From Spirochaetia bacterium (GTDB taxonomy: Bacteria > Spirochaetota > Spirochaetia > UBA9216), in NCBI GenBank assembly GCA_963677925.2, contig CAXXYH010000004.1:160001-224000 (forward strand): a stretch of 64,000 bases of DNA, in the 5' to 3' direction. The notes beneath the pieces were generated by a model, which made no database searches, was not told where the DNA came from, and saw nothing but the letters and a program-made list of their open reading frames with translations. Shown piece after piece: positions 46,273 to 56,204 of this stretch (within the stretch, counting starts at the first letter, position 1; each line of letters opens with the position of its first letter). Made by a program: the position numbers and the translations under genes.

Positions 46273-47286
46273 TCACTTCAGGTTTAAATCACATACTGAT
46301 GCTCCGGGAATTAGTTCTCCGGGTACTGAAACAATCTCCGGACTGAAGCTGTCTGAGTTCTCAATATTCCGAATCAGCTGATAAGCCATCTGCTTCCCGA
46401 GCATTTCACCATTCTGCCTGTAGGTGGTCAGCGGCGGATGAAGAAGCCTTGAAAGAAGAATGCCGTCGTAACCGGCAATCGAAATATCCTTACCTATCTC
46501 AAGCTGCATTTCCTGAATAACCTTGATTCCTCCAAGAATAGCAAAGTCGTCCGGATACAAAATACATGTCGGCGGTTCAGCCATGGCAAGAAGCGCCCTT
46601 GTGGCTTCTTCACTCTGGCCCGGTTCGTGATACATCCCTTCCAGAAGATAATCAGAAGGAACAGTGATTCCGTTTTCACCGCAGACCGCCAGAAAAGACT
46701 CAAGGCGCTGACTGGTTACGTCAGTGTCCTCACCGTAGATAAAGGCAATCCTTCTGTGCCCAAGACCCGCCGCATATTCGGTAAGCTTTCTCATCCCGAC
46801 GGTATTGTCACTCACAACAGCAGTATGACCATCTACAACATGGTCAAGGGTTGTAACCGGGATACCGCTTGTAAGCAGCTGGATGATATCCGGCTTTGAA
46901 TAATCCACTACAACCATCGCAATACCGTCGCAGCCGCGGTATCTTGTATGCTTGAAATAATTGTCCTGGCCGCCCAGATTGTTGCTGATAAAGGTTATGT
47001 CATAACCCCTTGATTCCGCCTCAACCTTGAGACTGTCGAATATAGTAGCAAAGTATCCATGCTGGAGCCCGCTCTTTGTCTTATCCTCAAAAATTACGCC
47101 GATATTGTATGTCCTGCTTGTTTTGAGCGCACGTGCGGCAGAATTGGGCTGATACCCAAGCTCTTCGGCCGCAGCCCTAACCATCTTCGAGGTCTGCTCT
47201 CCTATTTCCCTGCTGCCGTTAAGCACCTTGCTTACAGTGGACAGCGAAACATTGCATTTTTCAGCTACATCCTTCAACTTAGCCAT
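46273..47286 (-). CDS. LacI family transcriptional regulator
   Basis: LKDVAEKCNVSLSTVSKVLN HTH, LGYQPN..ARAL, ISIAGYD, PPLTT. Confidence 0.95.
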   Translation of the reverse strand: MAKLKDVAEKCNVSLSTVSKVLNGSREIGEQTSKMVRAAAEELGYQPNSAARALKTSRTYNIGVIFEDKTKSGLQHGYFATIFDSLKVEAESRGYDITFISNNLGGQDNYFKHTRYRGCDGIAMVVVDYSKPDIIQLLTSGIPVTTLDHVVDGHTAVVSDNTVGMRKLTEYAAGLGHRRIAFIYGEDTDVTSQRLESFLAVCGENGITVPSDYLLEGMYHEPGQSEEATRALLAMAEPPTCILYPDDFAILGGIKVIQEMQLEIGKDISIAGYDGILLSRLLHPPLTTYRQNGEMLGKQMAYQLIRNIENSDSFSPEIVSVPGELIPGASVCDLNLK

Positions 47287-47295
47287 TTATGCTCC

Positions 47296-47331
47296 TTTCT
47301 GATTTACTACAACGTTGTAGTAAATCAGAAA
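47296..47331. promoter_or_regulatory. 36-bp perfect palindrome containing a LacI-type operator
   Basis: TTTCTGATTTACTACAAC|GTTGTAGTAAATCAGAAA with central CG, next to the RBS of the LacI gene. Confidence 0.8.
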
Positions 47332-47358
47332 AATAAAACCAATCCAAGCCCCGCATAC

Positions 47359-49761
47359 TCATAAAAGAACAGCCTCCACTTCAGCGCTTCCACTGATCTC
47401 GCTAAGCAGTTCTTCTGTTATAACATTCCCCGGACATAATCGGCCGTTTATCCTGAACTCGCGGACACTCCCGCAGCAGGATTCAGGATTTAAAATTTTT
47501 ATACTGATATCAATACCGCGGAATTTACGCTTCACCGTGAACCTCTCCCAGGATGCCGGTATACAGGGGTCTATTTTCAGTCCTTCAAATACCGGCCTTA
47601 TTCCGAGTATATATTCAGTTGCAGCCCGGTATGCCCAGGCGGCAGACCCTGTGAGCCAGGAATTCCTGCCGAGGCCGAACCCCGGATGCTCATCGCTTAG
47701 TATATTCTGAGCGTAACAGTAGGGTTCACATTCATAGGTATCAATAATTTTATTTTTGGAAGCCGGATTGATAGCCGAATAGTACTCAAAAGCTCTCTCT
47801 CCGTTTCCAAGCATAGTTTCGGCTATCATCACCCATGGATTTGCGTGAAGAAATATTCCGGCATTCTCCTTTGCTCCCGGCGGATAGGTTGTAACACCGC
47901 CCTTCTCCGGATCGTAACCTTCATACCCAGGACTCATCAGTTTGATTCCCGCTTCAGTCGCAAGCCGCCGGTTTACAGAATCAAGAGCCCTGACAGCCCT
48001 GTCCCTCGGGGCAAAACCGCTTAATACAGCCCAGCTCTGTGCATTAGCAAAGATTGAAGCATACCTGTCTTCAGGTGCACCGAGAGCCTTGCCCCTGTGA
48101 TCAAAATAGCGTACATACCAGTCGCCGACCCAGGCTTCGGCATTAAAGATATCTTTCATTTTTACATAATCTGACTGAAGATTTTCAGCCAAAGCTGTAT
48201 CCAGGCTGCAGTATTCCAGAAGCTGAATCATTTCGCTTAAAGCAAAGCCGTAAAGACATGCTATAAAGGAAGATTCTGCTCCGGCAGGCAGATTCACAGT
48301 ATCATTCCAGTCTGCAAAACCCAGAAGAGGAAGTCCGTGCGCTCCGGTGTTCTCTCCGGTAAATTTCAATGCCCGCAGCAAATGCTCAAGCACCGTGGCG
48401 GATTCATCTGAATCATAAAATCTGATTTCTTTATCAAGGAAGGCGGTATCACCGGTTTCTTTTATAAGCGAACATACAGCATATACAGCCCATAGGTGAT
48501 CATCGCCGTAATACTGCGGACGGTCTGGCATTTCTTCAGTTTCCCCCGGATGAGCCTCGCCCGATAGAGGATTATACTGATGCATAGCCGAACCGTTGCT
48601 TTTCTGGGTTTTAAGGATTTCCAGAAGGTAGTCAGCGGCCTCGGCCGGTTTCTGCGATATAATTCCGCATACATCCTGACAGGCATCCCGGAAACCGATT
48701 CCCCGCGCCCCGTAACCGGTCTGATAAATGGAAAGATATCTCGCCCAGTTCTTGGTGATATAGCACTGCCTGGGATTATGAATATTCACCATGCTGTTCA
48801 TATCATCAGCAGGAGTGTCTGCATTGAAATAAGAAAGATGCTCATCCCAGAAGGATTTAATATTGCTGAAGGCTGAATCAACCTCATCTTCAGAGCTGAA
48901 CCTTTCAACAGCTGACACCGCACCGGCTTCCGAATCCGCCTGCCCGAGCATAGTAAAGAAGCGTTCAGTTTTTCCCGGAGCTATCTCAAGAGGAATCATC
49001 AAGGCAGCTATATTATCACCGCGTTTCGCCTCGGTTTCCGACAGTTCAGCTGCTTCCATGGAGACGGGAGATTTCCACGAGCCGTATTCATTTGAGCCAA
49101 GAAAAATCCTCCGATCCGTTTCGAAGGATGAAGCCGCCCGGCTTGAACTGAAAAAATTAAGCATTGTATCGCGGTTCATATAGGCTGACTGCAGCAGAAC
49201 GGTGCGTCCTGAACTGCTTTTTACCGCACGGCTCTGCATGGTCTGGGGAACCCAGTCCGCGTTTGTAAGCTGCTTGAGCGCATCAAAGTGAGAATATTCT
49301 GCAGCCGGAATGAAATCCAGAGTCAGAGACTTTCCGGACTTATTATGAATTCTTACATCTCTTATTTCAAGTTTTTCACCAACCGGTACAAAGATACAAA
49401 TCTCCGATTCAAACTCACCGAAATCAGTCCTTATAATCAGATACTGTGTTCCGATACGGCATTCATAACTAATAATCCCTTCAGGAGAGGGCAGATAAAA
49501 CGGGCTCAGAAGCCTGTAGCCGGAAGCATCCTTAATCCGGATATATGCAGTAGTTCCGCGCATCTCTCCTGCCGGCAGGAATGAAAGGTAGCGTGTTATC
49601 CGGTTCAGAGCCGGGTCACCGCAGCAGAGCAGAGCTCCTCCTGTATGGTCGACAAAACCGCCGAAGGCAATTGTGCCGATATAGTTTATCCATTTAACAG
49701 GTGTGAGGGGATTGGTAATTACGTATTCCTTTGAATCATCATCAAAGTAGCCGTATTTCAC
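47359..49761 (-). CDS. GH94 glycoside phosphorylase (cellodextrin phosphorylase-like)
   Basis: YGYFDD..KEYVIT.P.TP..WINY, GIGFRD..QD, GFADWND, KENAGIF.H.NPW, NSWLTG. Confidence 0.88.
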   Translation of the reverse strand: MKYGYFDDDSKEYVITNPLTPVKWINYIGTIAFGGFVDHTGGALLCCGDPALNRITRYLSFLPAGEMRGTTAYIRIKDASGYRLLSPFYLPSPEGIISYECRIGTQYLIIRTDFGEFESEICIFVPVGEKLEIRDVRIHNKSGKSLTLDFIPAAEYSHFDALKQLTNADWVPQTMQSRAVKSSSGRTVLLQSAYMNRDTMLNFFSSSRAASSFETDRRIFLGSNEYGSWKSPVSMEAAELSETEAKRGDNIAALMIPLEIAPGKTERFFTMLGQADSEAGAVSAVERFSSEDEVDSAFSNIKSFWDEHLSYFNADTPADDMNSMVNIHNPRQCYITKNWARYLSIYQTGYGARGIGFRDACQDVCGIISQKPAEAADYLLEILKTQKSNGSAMHQYNPLSGEAHPGETEEMPDRPQYYGDDHLWAVYAVCSLIKETGDTAFLDKEIRFYDSDESATVLEHLLRALKFTGENTGAHGLPLLGFADWNDTVNLPAGAESSFIACLYGFALSEMIQLLEYCSLDTALAENLQSDYVKMKDIFNAEAWVGDWYVRYFDHRGKALGAPEDRYASIFANAQSWAVLSGFAPRDRAVRALDSVNRRLATEAGIKLMSPGYEGYDPEKGGVTTYPPGAKENAGIFLHANPWVMIAETMLGNGERAFEYYSAINPASKNKIIDTYECEPYCYAQNILSDEHPGFGLGRNSWLTGSAAWAYRAATEYILGIRPVFEGLKIDPCIPASWERFTVKRKFRGIDISIKILNPESCCGSVREFRINGRLCPGNVITEELLSEISGSAEVEAVLL

Positions 49762-52187
49762 AAAAGCACCTCTACTTCGTGTTTAGAATTATCAGAAAAA
49801 TAAGGAACGAATTTACCTTCAGCAGGCTTTCCGTCAACCTTCACAGCTGGGCCTTCACCCGTAGACGCCCGTTTAACTTCAATGTGGTAAAGGCTGCCTC
49901 TGCAGGTTCTTTCCACTGTAAATCCGGTCCAGTCATCAGGGATCACCGGATCGATTACCAGGTGATCAAAATCAGGCCTGATACCCAGTACATACTGTGT
50001 AAAAGCAAAGAAGCTCCAGGATGCCGTTCCGGTAAGCCATGAGTTCTTGGCTTCACCCTGAATAAAACCGTCGCGGCCGGATATCATCTGCGAATATACG
50101 TAGGGCTCAGTCTTATGCCTCTCCATAAGCGCATCATCATAGCCGGGGCAGATTGTCCGGTGATATTCCATAGCCTGAGCTCCGCGGCCCGCCATAGTCT
50201 CGGCAATTATTACCCAGGGATTATTGTGGCAGAAGATTGAACCGTTTTCCTTGTAGCCTTCCGGATAACTCGATATTTCTCCCAGCTCAATATGGTAGCC
50301 GGTGTAGGGCGGCGAAAGGATCTGGATGCCGTAGGGTGAGTACAGATGGTTTTTAACTGAATCAAGCGCCTTAAGCGGCAGCCCCTCATCCTTTCCAATC
50401 TCAGCCATTCCGCACATTCCCTGCGGTTCAATATAAATACTGCCTTCCGGGCATTCACTGCTGCCTACCCTGCTTCCGTTGTGATCATATGCCCTGACAA
50501 ACCACTCGCCGTCCCAGCCCTCGGCTTTTACAGCAGCTTCCATCTCAAGAATGGATTTATCCATTTCCTCTGCTTCCTTATCAAGCCCGAGTTTGCTGCA
50601 GAGGGCTGAAAAAGCACGGCCGGAGAATATAAACAGGCCTGCTATGAAAACAGATTCGGCTTTTCCACCTTCGGCATGTCCGCAGGTCTGAAAAGATTCG
50701 TCAGGATTATCCGAAAAAGCGTTGAGGTTCAGACAGTCGTTCCAGTCGCCCCGGCCGATAAGCGGAAGCCCGTGCGGACCTAGGTTTGAAAGCGTGAACC
50801 TGAATGAGCTTCTTATATGATCGAGCAGACTCCCGGTTTCTCCGTCGCGGTCCGCCCATTTGACCTGTTCATCAAGAATGGAATAATCCCCGGTTTCCCT
50901 TATGTATGTAGCTACCCCCATCGGCAGCCATAGAGGATCATCATTGAAATCTCCGCCGATATCACTGTTGCCGGTCTTGGTCAAAGGCTGATACTGATGG
51001 TAGGAACTTCCGTCTGAAAACTGAAGGGACGCACCGTCCAGTATTCTGGTTCTGACCCTCTGCGGTACAAGATGGTTGCAGGAAAGAGTATCCTGGAACG
51101 TATCCCTGAAACCTATACCGCGGCTTATCCCCGACTCAAAAAGAGAGGCGCTTCGGGCAAGGTTGAATGTAACCATGCACTGGTACTGGTTCCAGGTGTT
51201 TATAATTCGGTCAATCCTGTTGTCCGGGGTTGAAATCTGAAATGCTGAAAGATAATCGGCCCAGTATTCTGCAAGATCTGTCAGACCTGCAGCAATCTTC
51301 TCAGCCGAATCATACTTACTAATCATTTCCAGTGCGGTATCTTTTCGAAGCTTTCCCTCATCATCCCATTTCTGATCCCCTGGATTTTCAGCATAGCCGA
51401 GAACAAAGACAGCAGTTCTGCTTTCTCCAGGAGCAAGAGTCATTTTAAGATGGTGTGAGGCCTGCGGATGCCATCCGTGACAGACTGAATTTCCCGCTTT
51501 ACCTGCTTCTACCGCCTGCGGCATAGCCAGCCCGCGGTTTCGGCCCAGAAATGAGTCCCGATCGGTATCAAAGCCAGTGTAATCATCTGATACACAGCTG
51601 AAAAATGAATAATGGTTTCTTCTTTCCCGGTATTCGGTGCGATGATAAATAACCTGATTTTCAACTTCCACTTCTCCGGTGCTGAAGTTGCGCTGAAAGT
51701 TGGTCATATCATCAAGAGCATTCCAGAGGCAGAACTCCACAAAAGAAAAGACATCTGCAGTCTTTTGAGAACTGCTCTTATTACTCACTTTCAGGCGGAT
51801 TACTTCACCCTTATATCCGCGGGGAATGAAATGCAGCTGTGAAACTTCAAGCCCGTTTTTAGCTCCGGTGATTTCGGTATAGCCCATTCCATGCCTGCAT
51901 GAATAACTGTCAAGTTCTGCACATACCGGCTTGAATGAAGGACTCCAGACATCCTTTCCATCATTTAGATAGAAGTAACGGCCGTTGCTGTCCACCGGAA
52001 CATCATTGTAGCGGTACCTTGTAATACGTCGAAGCTTGGGATCCCGGTAGAAGGCATAACCTCCGGCTGTGTTGCTTATAATGGAAAAGAACTCATCGGT
52101 TCCAAGGTAGTTTATCCATGGATATGGTGTATCAGGTGTATTGATGCGGAATTCCCGTGCTTTTTCATCAAACTGTCCGAAATTCAC
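49758..52187 (-). CDS. cbpA: GH94 cellobiose phosphorylase
   Basis: TPYPWINYLG, RRITRYRYN, DDMTNFQRN.STGEVEVE, FNDDPLW, DWNDCLNL, GEAKNSWLTGTA; GTG start. Confidence 0.88.
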   Translation of the reverse strand: MNFGQFDEKAREFRINTPDTPYPWINYLGTDEFFSIISNTAGGYAFYRDPKLRRITRYRYNDVPVDSNGRYFYLNDGKDVWSPSFKPVCAELDSYSCRHGMGYTEITGAKNGLEVSQLHFIPRGYKGEVIRLKVSNKSSSQKTADVFSFVEFCLWNALDDMTNFQRNFSTGEVEVENQVIYHRTEYRERRNHYSFFSCVSDDYTGFDTDRDSFLGRNRGLAMPQAVEAGKAGNSVCHGWHPQASHHLKMTLAPGESRTAVFVLGYAENPGDQKWDDEGKLRKDTALEMISKYDSAEKIAAGLTDLAEYWADYLSAFQISTPDNRIDRIINTWNQYQCMVTFNLARSASLFESGISRGIGFRDTFQDTLSCNHLVPQRVRTRILDGASLQFSDGSSYHQYQPLTKTGNSDIGGDFNDDPLWLPMGVATYIRETGDYSILDEQVKWADRDGETGSLLDHIRSSFRFTLSNLGPHGLPLIGRGDWNDCLNLNAFSDNPDESFQTCGHAEGGKAESVFIAGLFIFSGRAFSALCSKLGLDKEAEEMDKSILEMEAAVKAEGWDGEWFVRAYDHNGSRVGSSECPEGSIYIEPQGMCGMAEIGKDEGLPLKALDSVKNHLYSPYGIQILSPPYTGYHIELGEISSYPEGYKENGSIFCHNNPWVIIAETMAGRGAQAMEYHRTICPGYDDALMERHKTEPYVYSQMISGRDGFIQGEAKNSWLTGTASWSFFAFTQYVLGIRPDFDHLVIDPVIPDDWTGFTVERTCRGSLYHIEVKRASTGEGPAVKVDGKPAEGKFVPYFSDNSKHEVEVLL

Positions 52188-53377
52188 TATTCTGCTTCTC
52201 CTCTGGCGTCAACGATAGACTCTATGCTGCTTATAATATTCTGCCTGGTGCTCTGATTCTGATCCGGCGCTATTGTCTGGGGCGGAATTGAAAAGAGGTG
52301 CTCCAGAATAAGTCCCGAAGCCCCATAGGCAACAGAAAACTCTTTTTTGGAAAACTCCGAAATGCTGCACTCCGGCTGTTCACTGTACATCCAGTTATCT
52401 TTTATGGCGGCTTCCATAACAGGAATAATCTCATCCTGAAAATCAGTCTCTGTTCCGCCAAAGAAAAGATGATCCATATTGAAGGTATTAACCAGAAGCG
52501 CAGCATTTTTCGAAAGCTCGCTTATAAACTTCAAAAAAACAGATTTATCGTTCATGATATTGACGGTCTCATCCTTTGTTAGTGAGAACTGGTTAAGACT
52601 TCCCGGAGCAGTGAATATACTTTTGAACTCACCGGCTGTGTGGTCCGACCCGCTGTAGACCTTCCGGTCTATCGCTATTCCAAGACCGACAGCAATACCG
52701 CCCTTTCCTGTATTCAGAATCTCATCCTTTCTGAACTCAATAAGAAGAACAAGGTAATTCCTCAGTTTTTCATCACGGTTAAGGGCCAGCTCTCCCCAGG
52801 CACAGCAGTTGGCATCATTCTCAATAAAAACAGGGATGCTGAAACTGTGCTTTTCAAATTCCTCATAAACATTGAAATCTGAAGTTATATCAAGCGGTAT
52901 TGATCGTCTGATTATTCCGTTTACAGAATCTATAATACCGGAAATACCTATTCCAACTGAAATAATCGGAGCTTCAATCTCTTCCTGAATTGAATTAGTA
53001 ATCTCAATAATCTTGGATGCAAGGTTTTCGCTAGTAAAAACCTCGTTCCTTATTTCAGAACGAACCAGTTCACCTTCAAGATTTGTCACAGCAAGCTTGT
53101 ATGATGAATAAGGCTGAATCTCAACACCCAGAATTACGCCGAAGTTCTTGTTAATTGCAAGATGAACCGGCTTACGTCCGCCGGTAGCCCCGGCCTTGCC
53201 TTCGGCTATAGTCTCAATGATTCCTGATTCGAGCAGTTTTGAAACAATCAGGGTAACAGTGGATTTATCTATTTCAAGGAGTCTTGAAAGTTCAATCCTG
53301 CTTATCCCCTTGTTCTGCCATACCGCACGGAGAATCTTAGGGATATTTAAAGAATTTGTGTCAGTAAAAAATGCCAA
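52187..53377 (-). CDS. ROK family transcriptional regulator
   Basis: ISRIELSRLLEIDKSTVT.IV..L wHTH, GGRKP, IENDANCCAWGE, AGEF. Confidence 0.92.
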   Translation of the reverse strand: MAFFTDTNSLNIPKILRAVWQNKGISRIELSRLLEIDKSTVTLIVSKLLESGIIETIAEGKAGATGGRKPVHLAINKNFGVILGVEIQPYSSYKLAVTNLEGELVRSEIRNEVFTSENLASKIIEITNSIQEEIEAPIISVGIGISGIIDSVNGIIRRSIPLDITSDFNVYEEFEKHSFSIPVFIENDANCCAWGELALNRDEKLRNYLVLLIEFRKDEILNTGKGGIAVGLGIAIDRKVYSGSDHTAGEFKSIFTAPGSLNQFSLTKDETVNIMNDKSVFLKFISELSKNAALLVNTFNMDHLFFGGTETDFQDEIIPVMEAAIKDNWMYSEQPECSISEFSKKEFSVAYGASGLILEHLFSIPPQTIAPDQNQSTRQNIISSIESIVDARGEAE

Positions 53378-53392
53378 AATAACCTCTTTTGA

Positions 53393-53413
53393 TTGGTTGA
53401 ATAAATCAACTAA
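53393..53413. promoter_or_regulatory. Putative ROK operator just downstream of a minus-strand TTGACA-16-TAGACT promoter
   Basis: TTGGTTGA-ATAAA-TCAACTAA near-palindrome; -35 at 53440-53445, -10 at 53418-53423 (minus strand). Confidence 0.55.
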
Positions 53414-53489
53414 CCTAAGTCTAACATAGATCCACTGACTGTCAATAAAAAATTAACACTAAAAACAGTAAATTTGCTGAAAATAAAAT

Positions 53490-53520
53490 TTGACCTTCCC
53501 ATTTTGGCAAGGTTTATAAT
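53490..53520 (+). promoter_or_regulatory. MerR-type promoter/operator of the glycyl radical enzyme gene
   Basis: TTGACC, 19 nt, TATAAT with dyad CCTTCCCA-TTT-TGGCAAGG. Confidence 0.85.
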
Positions 53521-53549
53521 TTTTTTGTAACCCAAATGGAGGAAAATAT

Positions 53550-55940
53550 ATGATTACTGCAAGAGTCCAGAGAATGATGGACCGGCTGGAGGTAGAGAAA
53601 TATCCGATACTAGCCGAAAAGGCCAGACTTACAATTGAAGCATGGAACAGTCACGAAGGTCTTCCTTCCGTCCTGCAGCGTGCTTATGCTACCGCACACT
53701 ACCTTGATAACCGCACCATTTATATAGATGACGATGAGCTTATTGCCGGAAATGTATCCAGCAAACCGATGGGAATGGAAGCGGCAACATGGGGTCCCTT
53801 CTGGGAGGATAAGGATCTTGAAACAATGGACAGCGTTTTTGAGATCAGTGATGAGGATCGTAAAACACTTAGGGGCCTTGATTCTTTCTGGGAAGGCAAG
53901 GGCCGTCAGATTTATGAATGGCAGGGACGTTACTATGACGATCACCACTTATGGCCTTTTATAAGATCAGGAATCCTCTGCCCGCCCTGGACAGATAAAA
54001 CCAAGGGACGCGGTTCAGGAGGCGCAGGCTTCGGATGGGGTCTGGGAATCGGACTCTCATTCTTTGTTCCTGACTATGAAAAAATCGTAAAAGAAGGAAT
54101 AAGCAAAACCCTGCATGATGCTGAGGAAGAACTTTTAACTCTCAGATACCATGACCAGGATTCAATCGACAAAGCCGACTACCTTAAGGCGGTAATTATT
54201 GCGCTCAGTTCCATGGTAAGAATGTACCACCGCTACGGAGACGCCTGTCAGAAAAAGGCAGATGAAACTGCTGATGAAACACGAAAGAAGGAACTTCTGC
54301 GAATGGCCGACACCTGTCACTGGATAGCCGATAATCCTTCCCGTAATTTCCGTGATGCCCTTCAGAATTTCTATTTTTACTGGATGATGATTGCCCACGG
54401 AGTTACTCCGGGCGGACGTTTTGACCAGTATATGTACCCATACTATAAAAAAGACATTGAATCCGGCGAAATTACCGAAGATGAGGTAATTGAACTTCTG
54501 GGAATGCTTCGAATAAAGATAATGCAGTTCAACTTTATAAGCGGCGGAGCACTTCAGCGCGATAAATGGGCCGGAATGGCCAGATGGCACAACTTTGTGA
54601 TCGGCGGCGTGGACAAAAACGGAAACGACGCAACAAATGACCTGTCCTACCACGTTCTTCAGGCGGCATTCGACGTAAGAGTTCCGCAGTACACAATTAC
54701 TATCAGGGTAAACAAAAATACCCCCGACGCACTTATGAAAAAGGGAGCTGAACTGGTAAGAACCGGAATAGGAATGCCGGCTTTTATATCCGACGACAGC
54801 TATATTGCCGGACTTGTTGACCAGGGAGTACCTCTTGAAGAGGCTCGCGGCTATGCCCTTGCAGGCTGTCTGGACCTCAATATCCCCGGAAAATCCAGAA
54901 TAAATGCCCTGGGAATGTTCATAGTTCCGAAGGTTCTGGATATCACAATGCACAATGGTTTACTTACCTCTACCGGAGAACAGATCGGTCCGAAAACCGG
55001 CGAAATGAAGGACTTTAAAACTTTTGATGAGTTCTACACAGCCTTCAAAACCCAGCTTTTTCACTTTATGGGTATGTACAATGAGGAACATAATATCCTT
55101 ATCCATGTAACTCATCATACTCAGCCCGATGTAGTGCATTCCGCCTTCACCTACGAGGGTATTACATCAGGAAAAGACATGAATCAGCGGAAGATGTTCT
55201 ATGAGAATGCTTCCATGTTCAACCCTGTGGGAATGATCAACGTTGTCAATTCAATGGCTGCTGTTAAGAAACTTGTCTTTGATGAAAAGAAATTTTCAAT
55301 GGAAGAACTCTATTCTGCTATTGAGGCTGACTGGCTAGGATATGAAAATATTCAGGATCTCTGCCTGAATGCTCCAAAATACGGAAACAATGACTCCTTT
55401 GTAGACGAAATTGCCAAAGATCTCTTCGGGTACTGGATATCATCAACTTCAAAATTCAGATCCGTTTACGGAGAACAGCCCAGACCGACCGGAATATCAA
55501 TTACCGCGCACGCACCGGGCGGTTCATATACCTGCGCAACTCCCGACGGCCGGAAATCGGGCGAAACCCTCTGTGACGGAGTAGTATCTCCGGCCCAGGG
55601 AAGTGATGTCCATGGTCCTACTGCCTCACTGCAGAGCGCAATGCAGATCGATCAGACTCCTTTCAATGCCATGCTGCTGAACATGAAGATTGATCCAAGC
55701 GCGCTTAAAAGTGATTCCGACCTTGCGAAGCTTTCCGCTCTTATCAAAACCTACATGTTCAACGGCGGAAAACATATTCAGTTCAATGTTGTAGATAATA
55801 AAACACTTAGAACTGCACAGATAACACCTGAGAAATACAGGGATCTGATTGTAAGGGTAGCAGGATACAGCACATATTTCACAATTCTGACCCCTGCCGT
55901 TCAGGAAGAAATCATTAAGCGGACAGAGAATAAACTATAG
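53550..55940 (+). CDS. Glycyl radical enzyme (PFL-like family), substrate unknown
   Basis: GRFDQYMYPYY, GIGMPAF, Cys loop YALAGCLD, PKYGNND, ATPDGR..GE.L.DG, HIQFNVV, Gly loop LIVRVAGYS. Confidence 0.93.
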   Translation: MITARVQRMMDRLEVEKYPILAEKARLTIEAWNSHEGLPSVLQRAYATAHYLDNRTIYIDDDELIAGNVSSKPMGMEAATWGPFWEDKDLETMDSVFEISDEDRKTLRGLDSFWEGKGRQIYEWQGRYYDDHHLWPFIRSGILCPPWTDKTKGRGSGGAGFGWGLGIGLSFFVPDYEKIVKEGISKTLHDAEEELLTLRYHDQDSIDKADYLKAVIIALSSMVRMYHRYGDACQKKADETADETRKKELLRMADTCHWIADNPSRNFRDALQNFYFYWMMIAHGVTPGGRFDQYMYPYYKKDIESGEITEDEVIELLGMLRIKIMQFNFISGGALQRDKWAGMARWHNFVIGGVDKNGNDATNDLSYHVLQAAFDVRVPQYTITIRVNKNTPDALMKKGAELVRTGIGMPAFISDDSYIAGLVDQGVPLEEARGYALAGCLDLNIPGKSRINALGMFIVPKVLDITMHNGLLTSTGEQIGPKTGEMKDFKTFDEFYTAFKTQLFHFMGMYNEEHNILIHVTHHTQPDVVHSAFTYEGITSGKDMNQRKMFYENASMFNPVGMINVVNSMAAVKKLVFDEKKFSMEELYSAIEADWLGYENIQDLCLNAPKYGNNDSFVDEIAKDLFGYWISSTSKFRSVYGEQPRPTGISITAHAPGGSYTCATPDGRKSGETLCDGVVSPAQGSDVHGPTASLQSAMQIDQTPFNAMLLNMKIDPSALKSDSDLAKLSALIKTYMFNGGKHIQFNVVDNKTLRTAQITPEKYRDLIVRVAGYSTYFTILTPAVQEEIIKRTENKL

Positions 55941-55994
55941 AGATTCGATAATCCTTCTAAATATCGATTATTTAAAAAAGTTACAACCAGCCAC

Positions 55995-56029
55995 GGGGTC
56001 ATCCAATAAGTATTGGGTGACCTCCTTTT
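55995..56029 (+). terminator. Rho-independent terminator after the GRE gene
   Basis: GGGGTCATCCAATA-AG-TATTGGGTGACCTC followed by CTTTT. Confidence 0.65.
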
Positions 56030-56077
56030 ATAAAAACTTTGAAAAACAGTGATTTTAATCATTCGAAATAATTTTTC

Positions 56078-56108
56078 TTGACCTTCCCAATATGGGAAGG
56101 CTTAAAAT
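56078..56108 (+). promoter_or_regulatory. MerR-type promoter/operator of tctBAC
   Basis: TTGACC, 19 nt, TAAAAT with perfect dyad CCTTCCCA-ATA-TGGGAAGG. Confidence 0.85.
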
Positions 56109-56204
56109 TTCGAGAAATTCTCAAATGAATTGGTTGATTATCAGTTAGCGGCACTGACATGCATTACGCAGCTAAAAACTGAGAAAATTAAAAGGAGAAG
56201 GGTT

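Noticed and set aside
54162-54953. 263-aa minus-strand ORF
   Set aside because: Antisense shadow of the GRE gene with no protein-like features.
53550-55940. Naming the GRE as pflB, cutC, hypD, islA or bssA
   Set aside because: The GCLD Cys loop and gene context match none of these with confidence.
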